A stretch of 58,444 bases of DNA, filler included, from Dirinaria sp. TL-2023a (taxonomy: Eukaryota): assembly GCA_051941275.1 (NCBI GenBank). It is 3 parts of 3 records of this genome, joined end to end, with 100 filler letters (N's around TTAATTAATTAA, not from the genome) between each part and the next. Parts side by side here need not be neighbours in the genome. Positions count along the whole stretch, not along the records: positions 1 to 19,422 come from JAVEBF010000335.1; 2 more parts are not named here. One strand, given 5' to 3'. Position 1 is the first letter of the stretch. The number at the start of each line of letters is the position of its first letter. The notes beneath the pieces were generated by a model that was not told where the DNA came from, did no database searches, and was given only the letters and a program-made list of their open reading frames with translations. Both the position numbers and the translations under genes were made by a program. Shown here one piece after another: positions 1 through 13,823 of this stretch.

Positions 1-912
1 CCTTCCCCCCCCACACACCCAGTACCCACCATTCGCTCGTGCAATATTTTCACTTTTACTACTACTGCCAGATCCAGCTCCCCAATATTCAATCTTCGAT
101 CGCTTGTCCGTGCCCAATCATCGCTGCTGTGGCAGCCTGCCCCCAGTAGCTCCCAGCAGCTCCCAGCAGCATCCACAGCCAAAGACTAACGTAAGCTTTC
201 CTTCACTGCAGGCTGAATACCGACCTCCGCGGCACGAGTACCTCGCACATACCTAGGACCCGGCCAGTGGCCACTCCTTTGCCAGTCGCTGTCCAGCATC
301 CCATACCTGCATGCGGCTTCTATAGGCCGGGCCTGTACCTGCACGCCGCCCGCACAAACGGCCAAGATCCTTCGAAGTATCCCCATCACTAGTCTCGTCG
401 TTACTTCCTCTATCAGACTGCCTGACTCTGGTACTCCGTGCATCTAGCCCATCCAGTCCCATGCTCTTCGGCTTGAAGGTACCTGGATATACTAAAGTAT
501 ATACACTGTTCGGGGCTCCTGTACGAGCATCAAAAACAAGTTGGCTCTCCCTAATTCCAGACCTGTGATTTTCTTCCATTCTGGAACACCGTCCCGAACA
601 GGCTCCATGTAATAAAAAGTGGATCCCTGAGCCCAATAGTTCCATTGCTTGCGTCCTCATTCGATCGAGGCGGTCCATTCCATTGGATGCTTGTCAAGGT
701 GCTTCCGTGCATCAGACAGTTGAGGCTCAATTGTAGGCGGCCAGAATAGCAGCACTTCACCATTAGTGCGCCTGGAACCAAGCCCGTCAGGATGCGGTAA
801 TCCATCGAAGATCATTGTGCGAGCGGGACTCTCTTTCTGATACATTGGCACATTGCACATTCTCTGCCGGCATAGCGCCATCTATTTGCCTAGGTGCGGT
901 CCACATCCCTCG

Positions 913-1938
913 ATGTCACTACCGTCCCGCACGTATATAGGCCCATTCGGCAGGATACTGCCCCTCCTTCCCGACACTCAGCCATTGCCATCTGAAGAAC
1001 AGCACGCGCCAATAGAGGGCACACCTTCCAAAATGACTACATATCACCTTCCACCTCCCGCCGGCTTACAGTTCGGTTCGGACCCTTTCGAGGGTTTCAG
1101 AGAACCCAAGCAAGAAGCTGCCAGCCGTGATAGAGCCTCTTCCGATGAACAACAAGCCGCGTATCAGGACCAAGCCCGGCAGCTGCATCACAAACAGCTT
1201 CCCTCTGTCCGGCAGCTCCTTACGCCGGGTTCGCAAACGAGCATACCAGCGTCACCATGCTCACCGCAGTCCAGTCCGCAGTCGCCCGAGTTGGAACCCC
1301 TAACTCGTCGGAGCACGGCTCCCCAGAGGTCCCCCCAGGTCACTCATTTCAATCAGCAAGCGAGCTTTGTTGCTGTGCCGGATCCGCAGAATTATTCTGA
1401 CCCTAGCTATCCTGTGAAGGCCGGTTACCAGCCCTTTGTCCCTTCGCCGCCAATCCCGAGCCCGTATCCAATGGTGGTGCCACCAAACCTGTCACCGTAC
1501 GTGACTTACCATGTGCCGATGCAGCAGGACCAACAACCCCACCGGCCGCGGCAAGTTGTTCCATTGACGACTCCGAACCAATATTATCAACACCCAGTCA
1601 GCAGTTACCAGCCACCATTTGCTCCCCAAGCCGGCCCGAGTCAAATTGTGCGGGACGCAGCCAACAACATCAAGCCTTTGCCACGTCTAGTCGGTGAGCA
1701 GATAGTGCCTGGAGAAGGGCCTTGTTGGGTGTACGAGGATGGTTCATTCTGTAAGAAAGAGATTGACGGTGAGCCTGTCAACGGACAATGGGGCGTTACG
1801 AAGGCCGGTAAACCACGCAAACGTCTGGCAATAGCCTGTACAACTTGCCGTGAAAAAAAGATCAAGTGCGATCCTGCAGAGCCCAAATGTGTTCAGTGCG
1901 AGAAATTCGGACGAATTTGCAGATTCACTACAGCGTAA
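913..1938 (+). CDS. Zn(II)2Cys6 fungal transcription factor: Pro/Gln-rich N-terminus, zinc cluster at the end of the ORF; possible extra 3' exon after the GTAAGC donor at 1935
   Basis: ORF 853-1938 contains WGVTKAGKPRKRLAIACTTCREKKIKCDPAEPKCVQCEKFGRIC (CX2CX6CX6CX2CX6C). ATG candidates at 913 and 1033. Confidence 0.85.
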   Translation: MSLPSRTYIGPFGRILPLLPDTQPLPSEEQHAPIEGTPSKMTTYHLPPPAGLQFGSDPFEGFREPKQEAASRDRASSDEQQAAYQDQARQLHHKQLPSVRQLLTPGSQTSIPASPCSPQSSPQSPELEPLTRRSTAPQRSPQVTHFNQQASFVAVPDPQNYSDPSYPVKAGYQPFVPSPPIPSPYPMVVPPNLSPYVTYHVPMQQDQQPHRPRQVVPLTTPNQYYQHPVSSYQPPFAPQAGPSQIVRDAANNIKPLPRLVGEQIVPGEGPCWVYEDGSFCKKEIDGEPVNGQWGVTKAGKPRKRLAIACTTCREKKIKCDPAEPKCVQCEKFGRICRFTTA

Positions 1939-2997
1939 GCATTGTCTCGTTCTCAGCGCCCACAAACCTCAACAGTGGGCCACGCATTCCAATTTGCGTC
2001 TTTCACCATTCTCATTACTTTCCTCTTCGTCTAGACGACTTCTTGCTAGAGCGCACGAAGTCTTCCTCTATCGTGTCCCTCATGCACCACTTCTTCTAGA
2101 CTCCCATCCATCAATAAACTGATTGTTTCTCCTAGTCTTCGTGATCACCTTCCCACTCAGAAAGACACGTTCTTACGATCTTCAGGCGCGTACTCCACCA
2201 TCCATAAATACTCGTCCAAGTTTTCCTACCTTCGGACGCTCTTCTTCGTGCTTTTCAGAAGTCGAAGCTAAGTCCATCCCCTATATTCCGCTTTGGAAGT
2301 TTTTGTGGCAAAATCTCGAGCCAAGTAGGAGCTAGGCTCGAGCGGCACAAGGTGGCCAGAACCTACATAGACAATATCGGATAGATATACGCACTCCAGC
2401 CCTGAATGGGAGAATCCTCGGTCTGTCCGCGGCGATTGTCAGCCAACGCTCGAAATGGAAGGAGATCCATCCAGTGCAGTGCCACTTCATCGGCAGATCG
2501 ACCCGTGAGGAGTAATCATCGACTGACTGTACAGGCTGTCAAGTATGTGTTCGGCTGCATGGAAGTTATAGCGCGAAAAGTGTTTGGAACGGTTTTGCAT
2601 CCGGTGCCTGAGACGCATGGCAAGGACGGCTGGACACAGCATTACTCTTCTCTGCGCGCTGTCTGTTCAGCCTACGTTGTCGTGGGGAGCATGTGCTGGT
2701 GATGAAGCCTTTCCATTTTGGTAGAACGTCCAAAACGCGCATTCAAGACTGGCCCTTCGATTGGCGTTCAGGGAAGTCCTGGTGTAATTGTTGCTTGCTA
2801 CGCAGTCTCTTGCTTTGGCATGTCCAAGGCCAGCTCTAACGCTGGCGGTGTGGCAGCTCAACCCGCACCCCTCGTGGCATCGATTTTAAGGCTTGGCGAT
2901 AGCGTGTGCGATAGGCCTTCTGGTCCCCACGTTTCGGCTTGCACCTTGGATAGAGAAGTAATCTCCGTAGAAGACTTCTTAAGGTAGACCCTGTTCT

Positions 2998-3420
2998 CTA
3001 TAGGTGTGAGTTGCCAACCAAAACGGCCTCTCCTCCGCCTTGCTGACTGCCTTCAGCGTCTCCCATTTTTTCCTCTGTTAGCTTCTGTGTGCGTAGGCCT
3101 TGAAATGATGTTTTGCTATAGCTGCTAAATGAAAGACTCTTGCAGGAGGGATCGGTTACATACACCCTCTGCTGCAGCTCGTAGTCAATTCCACTGATGA
3201 AAGCAATCTGTTGCAGGTAGCGTTTCACGTACAGATCTTTTCGCTTAGGTACATCTATGGAATTGCCCGCCTTAATGGCAGGATTCTTCCACTTATCCGG
3301 CGAAGTTACAATGAGCTCATTGTGGATTCTGCCCCCTGGGATACCGATATGCCGGAGCAATTTATGTTGTAGATATCCAGATACTGTGGCTTCGTTCGCC
3401 ATTGTACCCTTGCAATCCAT
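2998..3420 (-). CDS. Hypothetical ORF (140 aa), possibly a degraded gene; upstream region shows spliced-UTR-like intron signals
   Basis: ORF track. Minus-strand GT..AG segments at about 3665-3622 and 3551-3508. No recognisable domain. Confidence 0.2.
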   Translation of the reverse strand: MDCKGTMANEATVSGYLQHKLLRHIGIPGGRIHNELIVTSPDKWKNPAIKAGNSIDVPKRKDLYVKRYLQQIAFISGIDYELQQRVYVTDPSCKSLSFSSYSKTSFQGLRTQKLTEEKMGDAEGSQQGGGEAVLVGNSHL

Positions 3421-4059
3421 CCAAACCTAAACGAACACCCGCTGACCTGATATACCTTGCTGTAATTAGATTTCCCGCAGAGCCGACCATGAGGGAGTGA
3501 GGGAGCGCTGAGATGAATCAATAAATACATCTCTCAATGGATTCCGCACACCTAGTTATCGATGAGCGCCACGCTTGACTCGTCTGACTTATTATTGCAT
3601 TTCACCGGTATTTGAGGTAGGCTGCAAACCAATGTTGATGTACCTTACTCAATAAGCTCACTTACTTGTGCGGTTATGCGGATATTGATCCTCCGTCCGG
3701 AAGCATCCCAGTCCTCCGTCTCCCCTCCAACACGCTCGAGGCTCCAGATGCCGAGACGCCAAGACGCCAAGACTTTCCTCTCCACGGCTAAGCGCATGCG
3801 GACTTGAAAGGACTGAGGTAAGTAAGGTAAGGTAGGTACCGTTGATAGTAATGTACAGTACCTTCAGAAGGTACTTGGACTACATTTCTTTATCACGTCC
3901 AGTCTTGAATTCAAGTAGCCTCGTCGACGTGTAACATCGAAGAGATTGAGAAATTCGCTGCCAGGGTGGGGAAACAGTGGGAATCACAGTCCACCAAAAT
4001 CGATTCACATTTCCAGGCTTCGTAACCAATATGATAATGAAGAACCCAGTCCGCGAAGA

Positions 4060-7000
4060 ATGATCACGCGGAAACGACGGCGCAGCCAAATTAGAGAAGC
4101 GAAGGGACGTCCGTTGAAATGATCAAGGGTAATATCGGACACTCCATCAACGCTTCGCTCTTCGGCCAGCAATCAATCCAGCCAGGCGAGCTCAGGCGGT
4201 CCTTCCTATCCGATTAAGAACATCATTGGGGAGCGCCCGGGTGAATTCTTGATTGATTGGGAAGACGACTCGGTAACTGGCCAGGTGTACTCTCCAAGCT
4301 GGGTAGGTCTTATGTCGTCAAGCTGTTCAGGTTCCGATCTGGGTGGACGTGATTATAGTACCCTGGGAATCCTAATTTCGATCGCATGGAACTAATAAGT
4401 GCCCACTCTAGCAACCCAAGCGTAACGTTAGCCACGGAGCTGTTCTCACTTGGAAAAGAGCAATCCGTCAAACTTCTTGTAAACAACCATCAGTAGCGGG
4501 ATCACGTGACAGTGCTGGGATTGTATCGTCCAAGAAACCCGACAGAAGGCGAAAGCTTCGGGCTCATAAGGTCGTCGACTCCAAATCAGACGATAACTGC
4601 CTTGCTTCGGATCTTCGAAGCTTCAGTTCATCTTCACTTGAATCGAGGACAGCTCCGATTGCCGAGCTCATAGTTCGTATTTCACAGCACAGTAGCTTTG
4701 ACAAGGACCAATACGTCCATTATCAGTCCTCCATATCGACAGATAGCCTACTGTCATCGCTTCCGCCTCATCCGGACTCCGGTTTGGGCAACTCATCACC
4801 TCCTTGGGACTCCTTCGTGCAAGTCTCGCCAACACAAGCGGGTGTTATTCCCGACTCCCAATCACTTCCAGATTCCTCAAGCTACGCACCTTCCTCAGCG
4901 GTCCGTGGAAATAACACCACAGCCTCACTCGATATTTCAGAAGCTGAAGAAGCTGATTTCAACGATCCTGAGCAACTCGAAACCTTCTCGAAGATTTCAG
5001 CAGGGCAATCGTGGGTTAGTCAATCCGAAGAAGTTTGTGGATTCTACGTAGCAGAAAGCCCAGACTACACTGAGCGTTTCGGGAGATCACACTCGTCCCC
5101 AGCAGAGCCTCATAGCGACTTTTTGGAACCTGGTTGGACACACGCAAAGTTGCAAACTGTGCTTAGGCGAAGCTGTTCGGATCCTGTTTCTCTGGCCAAA
5201 TCTGAGGAAGGAATACTGGATTCAGCAGAAACATCAAAGAGATCCAGGACGCATCGATCCGAGTCTAACAGTGCAGTTTTGACTCATTTCAGCCCTGATA
5301 TCGTTGGTTCCTCGCAGCTGGCCTTGGATTCACTGTATGGTGACAGCCCAACTATATATGCAGGTAAAGGTCAACTATCCACTCTAACCATTATCAGCAG
5401 AGAACCTGCTGATAGTTTCAACAGTAAAGAAAGCATCAAGCCAGTCTACTCACTTACCCGGAGCCCCACCTCGACTCACTGAAAGCCCAGATCAAGTGCA
5501 CTTCCTGTACCGTACGACATCCTGGCGTCAGCGTGCAAGGCTGCGAAGCTTCGTTATACTAGAAGATACTATTGCCGATAGTCAACCGACCCAAACCTCA
5601 GACCGCTCTATCCTGAGTGAAAGACATCCCAATTCGCTCTCGGAAACTCTGATTCACTCGAGCTCCACTAGTGACAAGGACAAAGCAGGGCAGAGCACAA
5701 GTGGTCTTCAGAACTTAACTTCAAGCGTAATCGAGCCCGGTACGGCCTTCAAGATCGCTGGCATTCTCCATTGCAAGCAGTCAGAACCCGTACTAGGTTC
5801 GAGCGATATGTCTCAACCTTCATCAGCTCAGTCCGGTACCCAGATCCGAGCGTCATCGGAGGTTCCCGGCTCTAGTCTTCGTGAGAGATTAAGGAATCTC
5901 CGTACTGGTGCCAAGATTGAAGCAGATGATAGGAAATCTAATAGACGCAGACTTGAAGAACTAGCTGTACGCTCTAACCTCTCGCAGTCCGTCGACCCAC
6001 CAACAAATGCATCTATACCCGAGCAAGCATCAATCACCAATTTTCCAGACTCTCCATCTGTACGTGAAGTCACTCAAGTGCCTTCAAGCATCCAATCTGC
6101 GCCGAAGAGTCCTTTGCCTGGACTTGATCCAGCACAAGGTTCCTCTTTAGGTCGTACGCCGGTCAATAAGCCGGAAGCTGCACGGCCTCTTACTGCGGAA
6201 GAACTTGCCCAAGAATACGCAAGGATCGAGACTCAGCCCTTGCAAGTGCCTGCTGATATACCTTTGCCTCTTCGCGTCTCTCAGATAGCTCCTAGGGATG
6301 CAGAAGCTCATACCCAACCAGGCATTGCCGAGGACTCGTCATCCCTTTCTCAAGTCACAAAGCCGCTGCGTCCCCTACACCTTGGTAAGATGGAGTTTGT
6401 TATTCCTCTGGGGATGAATAGCAGAGTTCGCGATCAGTATGTTTCGATCATCAATTATTACGGGAAGAGCATCGACGATTGGCAACAACAACAAATTGAC
6501 GTAATGCTCAATCGTCTCAATCGAGTCACTACTCATACGGACCTTGATGACGAAGTTGATCCTACTCAAGAAGATGTACAGTCGGAAGACTTGGCGCTTT
6601 GGGCCGAGAATTGCAGCGAAAAGTTTCGGTTCCTTCGTCACTTGTTCGACGCACTCCAGAACGATAACTTTCATCTCGCTATCGTTGCAAGGCCTGGTCC
6701 GACACTTGAAATAGTAGAGACGTTCCTGAAAGGCAGACGTGTTGCCTATAGCCGGCCTGATAACTTCGCAAGGTCTGACCCTACCAGAATCACAGGTCGC
6801 TTAGAGGTAACCCTTATACCTTCTGGCGTAGAAGGCTCTACAATGCTACCAAATGCAGCAAATCTTGTTATTGCGCTCGATGGATCTTTCAGCGCGCAAG
6901 ACGTGCAGGTGATGAAACTACGTGCGCATCTAACCAGAGTGGATCAGCTTGCACCAGTCATTCACCTACTTGTCTACAACTCTGCTGAGCATGTTGGGAG

Positions 7001-8404
7001 ATGTATCTCACCAACGCTAGATCATGTTGACAGAGTCCACCAAATCGTGAGCTGCTTGACCCAGACTGGTGACGAGGTTGGCCATCTTCTTCCTGATGAA
7101 CCCTCTCCTTCGGCAGCTGCCGAGGAAGTGACTACGTTCGTTAGAGCTGGAGGCACGGAAATCAACTGGACATTGCCTTCGATTAGGCCAATAGAAGGCA
7201 TAGTAGCTATAGAGTATTCCCATGGTCCGGAGGCGGCTCAAACAGATACACAGATCAGCACAGGACAGAAAGTGGTTGCGCCTTTGGCCGCACTCAAACG
7301 AGCGTTGGTATGCCTCGGAATGAGATAATTCCACCCAGATCTCTTGTATCAATGCTTTTCGCTAATTACGGCAGGAATCTGACGATGTCGTTCCTGTTCA
7401 TGGCAAGCGTCAAAGGATGACGCCCGTTCCAGATGTTACTCATGTCAGTGATTCTGCTACGCAGGACTCCCAAACGGTAGGTCCAGATAGCCATCTTTCG
7501 AAGCTTCGCCTAATCATTCCTCAATCAGATGATCGCAGAGCTCCGTTCAGCACTTCGAGAAGCCAAAGCAGAAAATTCATCTCTGAAAACAACTCATTCT
7601 CAACGTGAAAACGAGTTGCAAGCCCGAGTCAAGAAAACATTTGCGCACCTTCGAGAGCAGGTTGCTGCCCTCACGGGTTTGCAAGATCGCTACGAAAACC
7701 AAGCACGCAACCTCGATGCAGTCGGTCGAGAAAGAGACGCGCTCACTGCAGCTGCCACAGTATCAGAGCGTAAACGAGAGGCTAATGTCGCAGAAATAGC
7801 CTCCCTTAAGGAAGTGAACGCGAAACTTGAGTCTGACCTGAAGCAAGCGCGGGATATGTTATCAGGCTCGACGGCACCGGGCGTTGCCGACCTGGAACGG
7901 GCGAGTGCCGAAGCGAGGAGACTACAAATGGAGAATGCAGGCTTTGAGAAGAAGATCGCTTCGATGAAAAGGGAATTCGACTTTACGCGCTCGGCCTACC
8001 AGACTGCATCTACTTCGGCCGCTGAATCCGCGACGGAGATCAATAACCTGCAGAACGAAATAGCAATCCTGCGCAGCAGAGCTTCGACTAACGCGATCGA
8101 GTTGGCGGAGAGAAACAAAAGAAATGAGAATGATACCCTGGCCCGTCACATCTCGAGGCTGGAAGCCACCCTTACTGATCGCGAGGAGCTGTTGCGGCGA
8201 AAAGAGGAAGAGCTTAAAGAGCTGAAGAGAGGGCGCGGCATGGGTACGCGCGGGAGCTCGGTGTTGCCTGGCAGTCCTCGAGGAAGCAGAGGCGCAAGCC
8301 CGGTTGGCGGGGAGGCCATGCTGAGGGTTGGCAGTAAGGGTCTTGGAAGCAATCTACGATTTGGCGCAAGAGCCGCTCCGGTGAGAGGTGAGGAGAGCAG
8401 TTGA
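4060..8404 (+). CDS. Chromodomain + HDA1-complex subunit 2/3-like domain + C-terminal coiled-coil protein (Neurospora CDP-2-like heterochromatin/HDAC partner); multi-exon, 5' end uncertain
   Basis: Exon 4201-4302 YPIKNIIGERPGEFLIDWEDDSVTGQVYSPSW spliced to 4412 QPKRNVSHGAVLTW gives a chromo-like domain. LGKMEFVIPLGM..WAENCSEKFRFLRHL..ANLVIALD..APVIHLL is HDA2/3-like. Coiled coil at 7530-8230. Introns at about 4303-4411, 5340/5364-5397/5400, 7308-7374 and 7477-7529. Confidence 0.7.
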
Positions 8405-8861
8405 AATTGACCTGAGGGTGTGCTGTCTGCGGTCCGATATCACTGCTTGCGGGATGGAGATATTCGAAACATTTCTAGATGACGATGGTTGGGGATCTAT
8501 TCCTTCAGATATTATCTTCTCATTCTTTCAAATGTCTCACTTATGTATGATTCTTCACCCACTGTCACATTATCACGTCACAGATTTCTCTTCGTTTTAC
8601 ACTGGCATTTTTTTAGGTCTTGATCGTCATCGGTTTGTACAGACGTCGGCGTGGGGTAAACTCTCATAACCAACCTAATAATGATAGGGGAGTGTGGACT
8701 CACAAGAAGCGCCTCGTATGCTACGAAAGGATGATTGAATCATTCCACCCCAACCTATGGCCTCATAGCGTGTCTAGACGAAGTAAGATCAATTCGTGCG
8801 GAGTCTACGCTGACAGATGCTAAGCGGCAGAGAGCTCATAAGATAGAAGACGCCAAGCGGC

Positions 8862-10385
8862 TCATTGTGCCCGAGCATCGGGCATATCCTCATCCTCGTC
8901 GTCCTCATCGACATCCGTCCAGGCCAGTTCATCGTCATCATCAGCCTGCCCACCAGCTCGTGCATGAGAACTCTCCGCCGCGGCCTGTGGGTGCGGCACG
9001 GGTTCACCCGCCTCTCCCTCTTCTGGGGCCCAGCTCTCCCACCAATCCTCTGGCTCACTATCTTCTTCCATACTCTCCTCACCGTCGAATTTGACTTCAA
9101 TCTCTACATCCTTGTCCCACCTGACATCCGTCCAGTTCTCCTTATCCACATACCCATCCAACATCATATCAAGCCAACACTCATGCAGGTTCAGGCCGCG
9201 CCTGATACCTTCCCGCATAACCAACTCGTCGATCTGGAGCATCTTGTTGAAATGGCCTCGCGCGGCCCAGCCTTCCCACTGCAGACACCCGAACTGGTGC
9301 GAGGGGATACCCATGATCGATTCCGTCGTGGGGAAAGGCGGTTCGTAGTTCCATCGGACCATCATGCGTAGCATATCCAGCTGCGTTTGCATCTCCTCTC
9401 GTTTCAACACGCGCCACAGTGTCGATAGGCTGCGCTGGCCGAGTAGCATGCGACGCATCCCTGTGTCACCGCTCCCCGCCACGGGGTGTGTGAGCCGCAT
9501 GTCGAGTTTGAGGATGAATTCCGTCGCCAGGAAGAGGTCCTCGTCGCGCCAGAACTTCACATTGTGCAGGAACCCCACCCGCCGCGTGTTGTCCGGGATG
9601 TCGATCGTGAACCAGATTTTCTTGAGGGTCAAGCTCGTGCCCGCGGGCATGTGATGCCCCTCGGCCGCCATCAGGGCGAGGATTTCCGTCACGACCTGTT
9701 CACGAAAGATAATCATTCGCAGCCATCTGAACGTCGGCACCCAGCGTAGTTCGCCTTCTCGGACCTCATTGACGCGCCCACCGGGATCGTGGTGACACAG
9801 GCTTTTGTAGCATCGGTAGACGAACACGCTCGCCGATTCGGGCGCTTTGTGTTTCGCCTGCAGGAGGATGAGGGTCGTGAAGCGGTTGTGGACTAGGAAA
9901 TGGAAGTCGCGGCTGATGGCGTAGAGGGAGATGAGGTCTTCGAGATCCATGTACCTTGTGAATTCGAGGATGAGCTCTGGATGTTGCAGCAGGGCAGTGA
10001 AGATGTCGAAGGGCTCGACAGGGTCCTCTGGGCTAGGTGGTGGTTGCGCTGGTAGCAGGCTTGGAGAGCGCGTCAAGCAGAGCCGTTTGAACGGCGAGGA
10101 TGGTGTAGCTGGTGGGGTCGACGAGGAGAGGCGGCGCCGTTTCTGGAGCACGTTCGTGGGGAGCGAGATGGGGATGGCGCTTGGTCGGTTCGATTTAGCA
10201 ATATCTGAGGACGACGATGATGGTGACGATGATGATGTTGCAATTGGTGGTAGGCTTGCCGGAAAGCTCGAATGTGAGTTTGTATTCTCAGATGTTGGAT
10301 CCGAGGGCGTTGGCTGGCTTGAGGGAGCTCCTCTGTTAGGGGAAACATCGCGATCGTTCAAGATTGCTCTAAGAGGTGCAGACAT
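8862..10385 (-). CDS. Conserved fungal hypothetical protein with an F-box-like segment and acidic C-terminus
   Basis: Intronless 507-aa ORF. A disordered S/P-rich N-terminus is followed by FDIFTALLQHPELILEFTRYMDLEDLISLYAISRDFH (F-box-like). Confidence 0.75.
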   Translation of the reverse strand: MSAPLRAILNDRDVSPNRGAPSSQPTPSDPTSENTNSHSSFPASLPPIATSSSSPSSSSSDIAKSNRPSAIPISLPTNVLQKRRRLSSSTPPATPSSPFKRLCLTRSPSLLPAQPPPSPEDPVEPFDIFTALLQHPELILEFTRYMDLEDLISLYAISRDFHFLVHNRFTTLILLQAKHKAPESASVFVYRCYKSLCHHDPGGRVNEVREGELRWVPTFRWLRMIIFREQVVTEILALMAAEGHHMPAGTSLTLKKIWFTIDIPDNTRRVGFLHNVKFWRDEDLFLATEFILKLDMRLTHPVAGSGDTGMRRMLLGQRSLSTLWRVLKREEMQTQLDMLRMMVRWNYEPPFPTTESIMGIPSHQFGCLQWEGWAARGHFNKMLQIDELVMREGIRRGLNLHECWLDMMLDGYVDKENWTDVRWDKDVEIEVKFDGEESMEEDSEPEDWWESWAPEEGEAGEPVPHPQAAAESSHARAGGQADDDDELAWTDVDEDDEDEDMPDARAQ

Positions 10386-11642
10386 GGTTGATGAGATGAA
10401 CAGAGTGAAGGATGAAGGATCACGAAGCCAGAGCGTGTAATGATTGAGCTTACATATTTGACCGGATGCAAGTATTGCAGGTGTTAGGTCTTATCAGTGT
10501 TAATATCTAGTCTTGTTTTGATGTGTTGAAGGTCCTTGTTACGCTAGTACATTAAAGTTGGCAATAGTGAATGAAGAGATCCATTATCTGCTGAAAGCGC
10601 GTTTTTAAGAATAGAGAAGGTAGGCAGTCATAGTACTCGAAGATACATTTATCACATTCGGACTTTAAAAATATTATTTGCATGCCTTCAACTGCTCAAG
10701 CCGTATTATCCTTCAAGGCTGACAACAGGGGCATGCAAGCTCATGATGAACCGGTCTTAGGAACACAATCTTGCCTATAGTAGTGTTTACTCATGGCAAT
10801 CAGACCTGGCTTTGTCACCAAGGATTGCTGTGAAGACGACCACATCTGAAACATGGACTCGGAAAGCGCTAGTAGAGTCGATACGAAATGCTCTGGAATT
10901 TGGGCCGCCAACTACCCACTATGCGCGACAATAACGAAATGACGAAGTGTGTTTAGAGCGTAGGCGTACTCAACTGGAAGCCGTTCTCGGATTCGCTATT
11001 GCCTTGGAGTTTTTGTGCAAAAAGCCGCTGACATGTTAACGTCCTACAACATCACATTGCCACATCACAATACCACCATATTCAGCACCAGTTTCACAAT
11101 AATCCATCACCCATTCATTTGATTGTAGTCGGCTCTAATGAAGGTCATGTGTTGGTGCGCTTGAACCAAAGATACTAAGAGTCAAAGGTAGGCCCTAAAG
11201 CATATAAGACTCGTTGATCAGACGTTCGAGAAATCTAGAAGCAAATGGTCCTTGGGATTCGAATAGGCCGCCTCAGTTGTAGGCACGAGACTTGTTGCAA
11301 CCAGCTTGATTTGACTGCCCGACTGACCACCACAGTATGCTAAAGACGTGTTCCTAAGCAAGTACATACCATGACGGGAGGTAATGGTCATGGATTAGCA
11401 TATTTGTTTGCGCACGACCATCATCGGTCTATCTTCCATATTCCCTAGGCCGCAGTAACAGTGAAAGATCGGGACAGCAACAAATCTCTGACGATGGTGG
11501 TTGAAGTAATTCAATGGGATTTTAGGCTTGCGAAATACTCGATCTGCCATACGGTCAATTATCGACAGGTTGACTTATTCGCTGAAGGCTCGGATTTTGA
11601 GCATTTCGCTGATTGAAGCGAAATTTACAGAGACCGCCAAGG

Positions 11643-13153
<1,511 letters not shown>

Positions 13154-13355
13154 TGTAAGTTCAGGTCTCAGGATAATGATTATGGTGCAAAGATCTTTTT
13201 TTGGGTTTTTCGCGCTCAGTATAGCCAGAAATCTGAGGAGAAAGCTAGCTGCTGATCTGTGCGATCGGTATGATTGAGGATTCCTCACTGCAAGAAGAAG
13301 TGCGCTACTCTTCCACCAAGTGCTTCCAAATTCACTTCAGTCACGACACGATTTC

Positions 13356-13361
13356 ACGCGT
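13356..13361. promoter_or_regulatory. MCB-like element (ACGCGT) in the HAT2/XRN1 divergent promoter
   Basis: Exact ACGCGT about 200 nt upstream of the HAT2 start. A single 6-mer is weak evidence. Confidence 0.3.
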
Positions 13362-13823
13362 CCGAGCTAAGATACGGTAAGATCCCTAATGGGCGCTAGT
13401 CCGTAATGAGTTGACTGCCGAGGCATCTGACGCACGAGTACTCGTAAAGTAAGTAGTACATTATGAACTCTGCAAACGGCCGAGATTCTGGCCTCAGCTG
13501 AAGCGAGGGTAAGCAGTGATTACACTCTTGACTCTCAAAAGCTTTCCTAGAGCATTCTCATAATTGCGACTCGGCGTTAGACTGGGCTTAATTGAACAAA
13601 CCTTTGACGGAGTGCTGCGCCCGGTCATTCGCTTCTCGCATCGACTGCATTCTTCACCTAATACCATCCATTCTAAAAACATTCAGGAACTTGGTGATGG
13701 GCAAGGACGCAATATTGCTTGTATGATCCTCTGGTAGCAATGTAGGAATATCACCGTCTAATCATGACCCTACAGAGTCTCTAGAATCCTTTTCAACAGC
13801 GGGACGAGCAAAACCTAGCCACG

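Noticed and set aside
8865..10440. Long + strand ORFs antisense to the 507-aa gene, and similar shadow ORFs over XRN1, PHD, MFS and PSY2
   Set aside because: Antisense shadows of real coding sequence with no domain signal.
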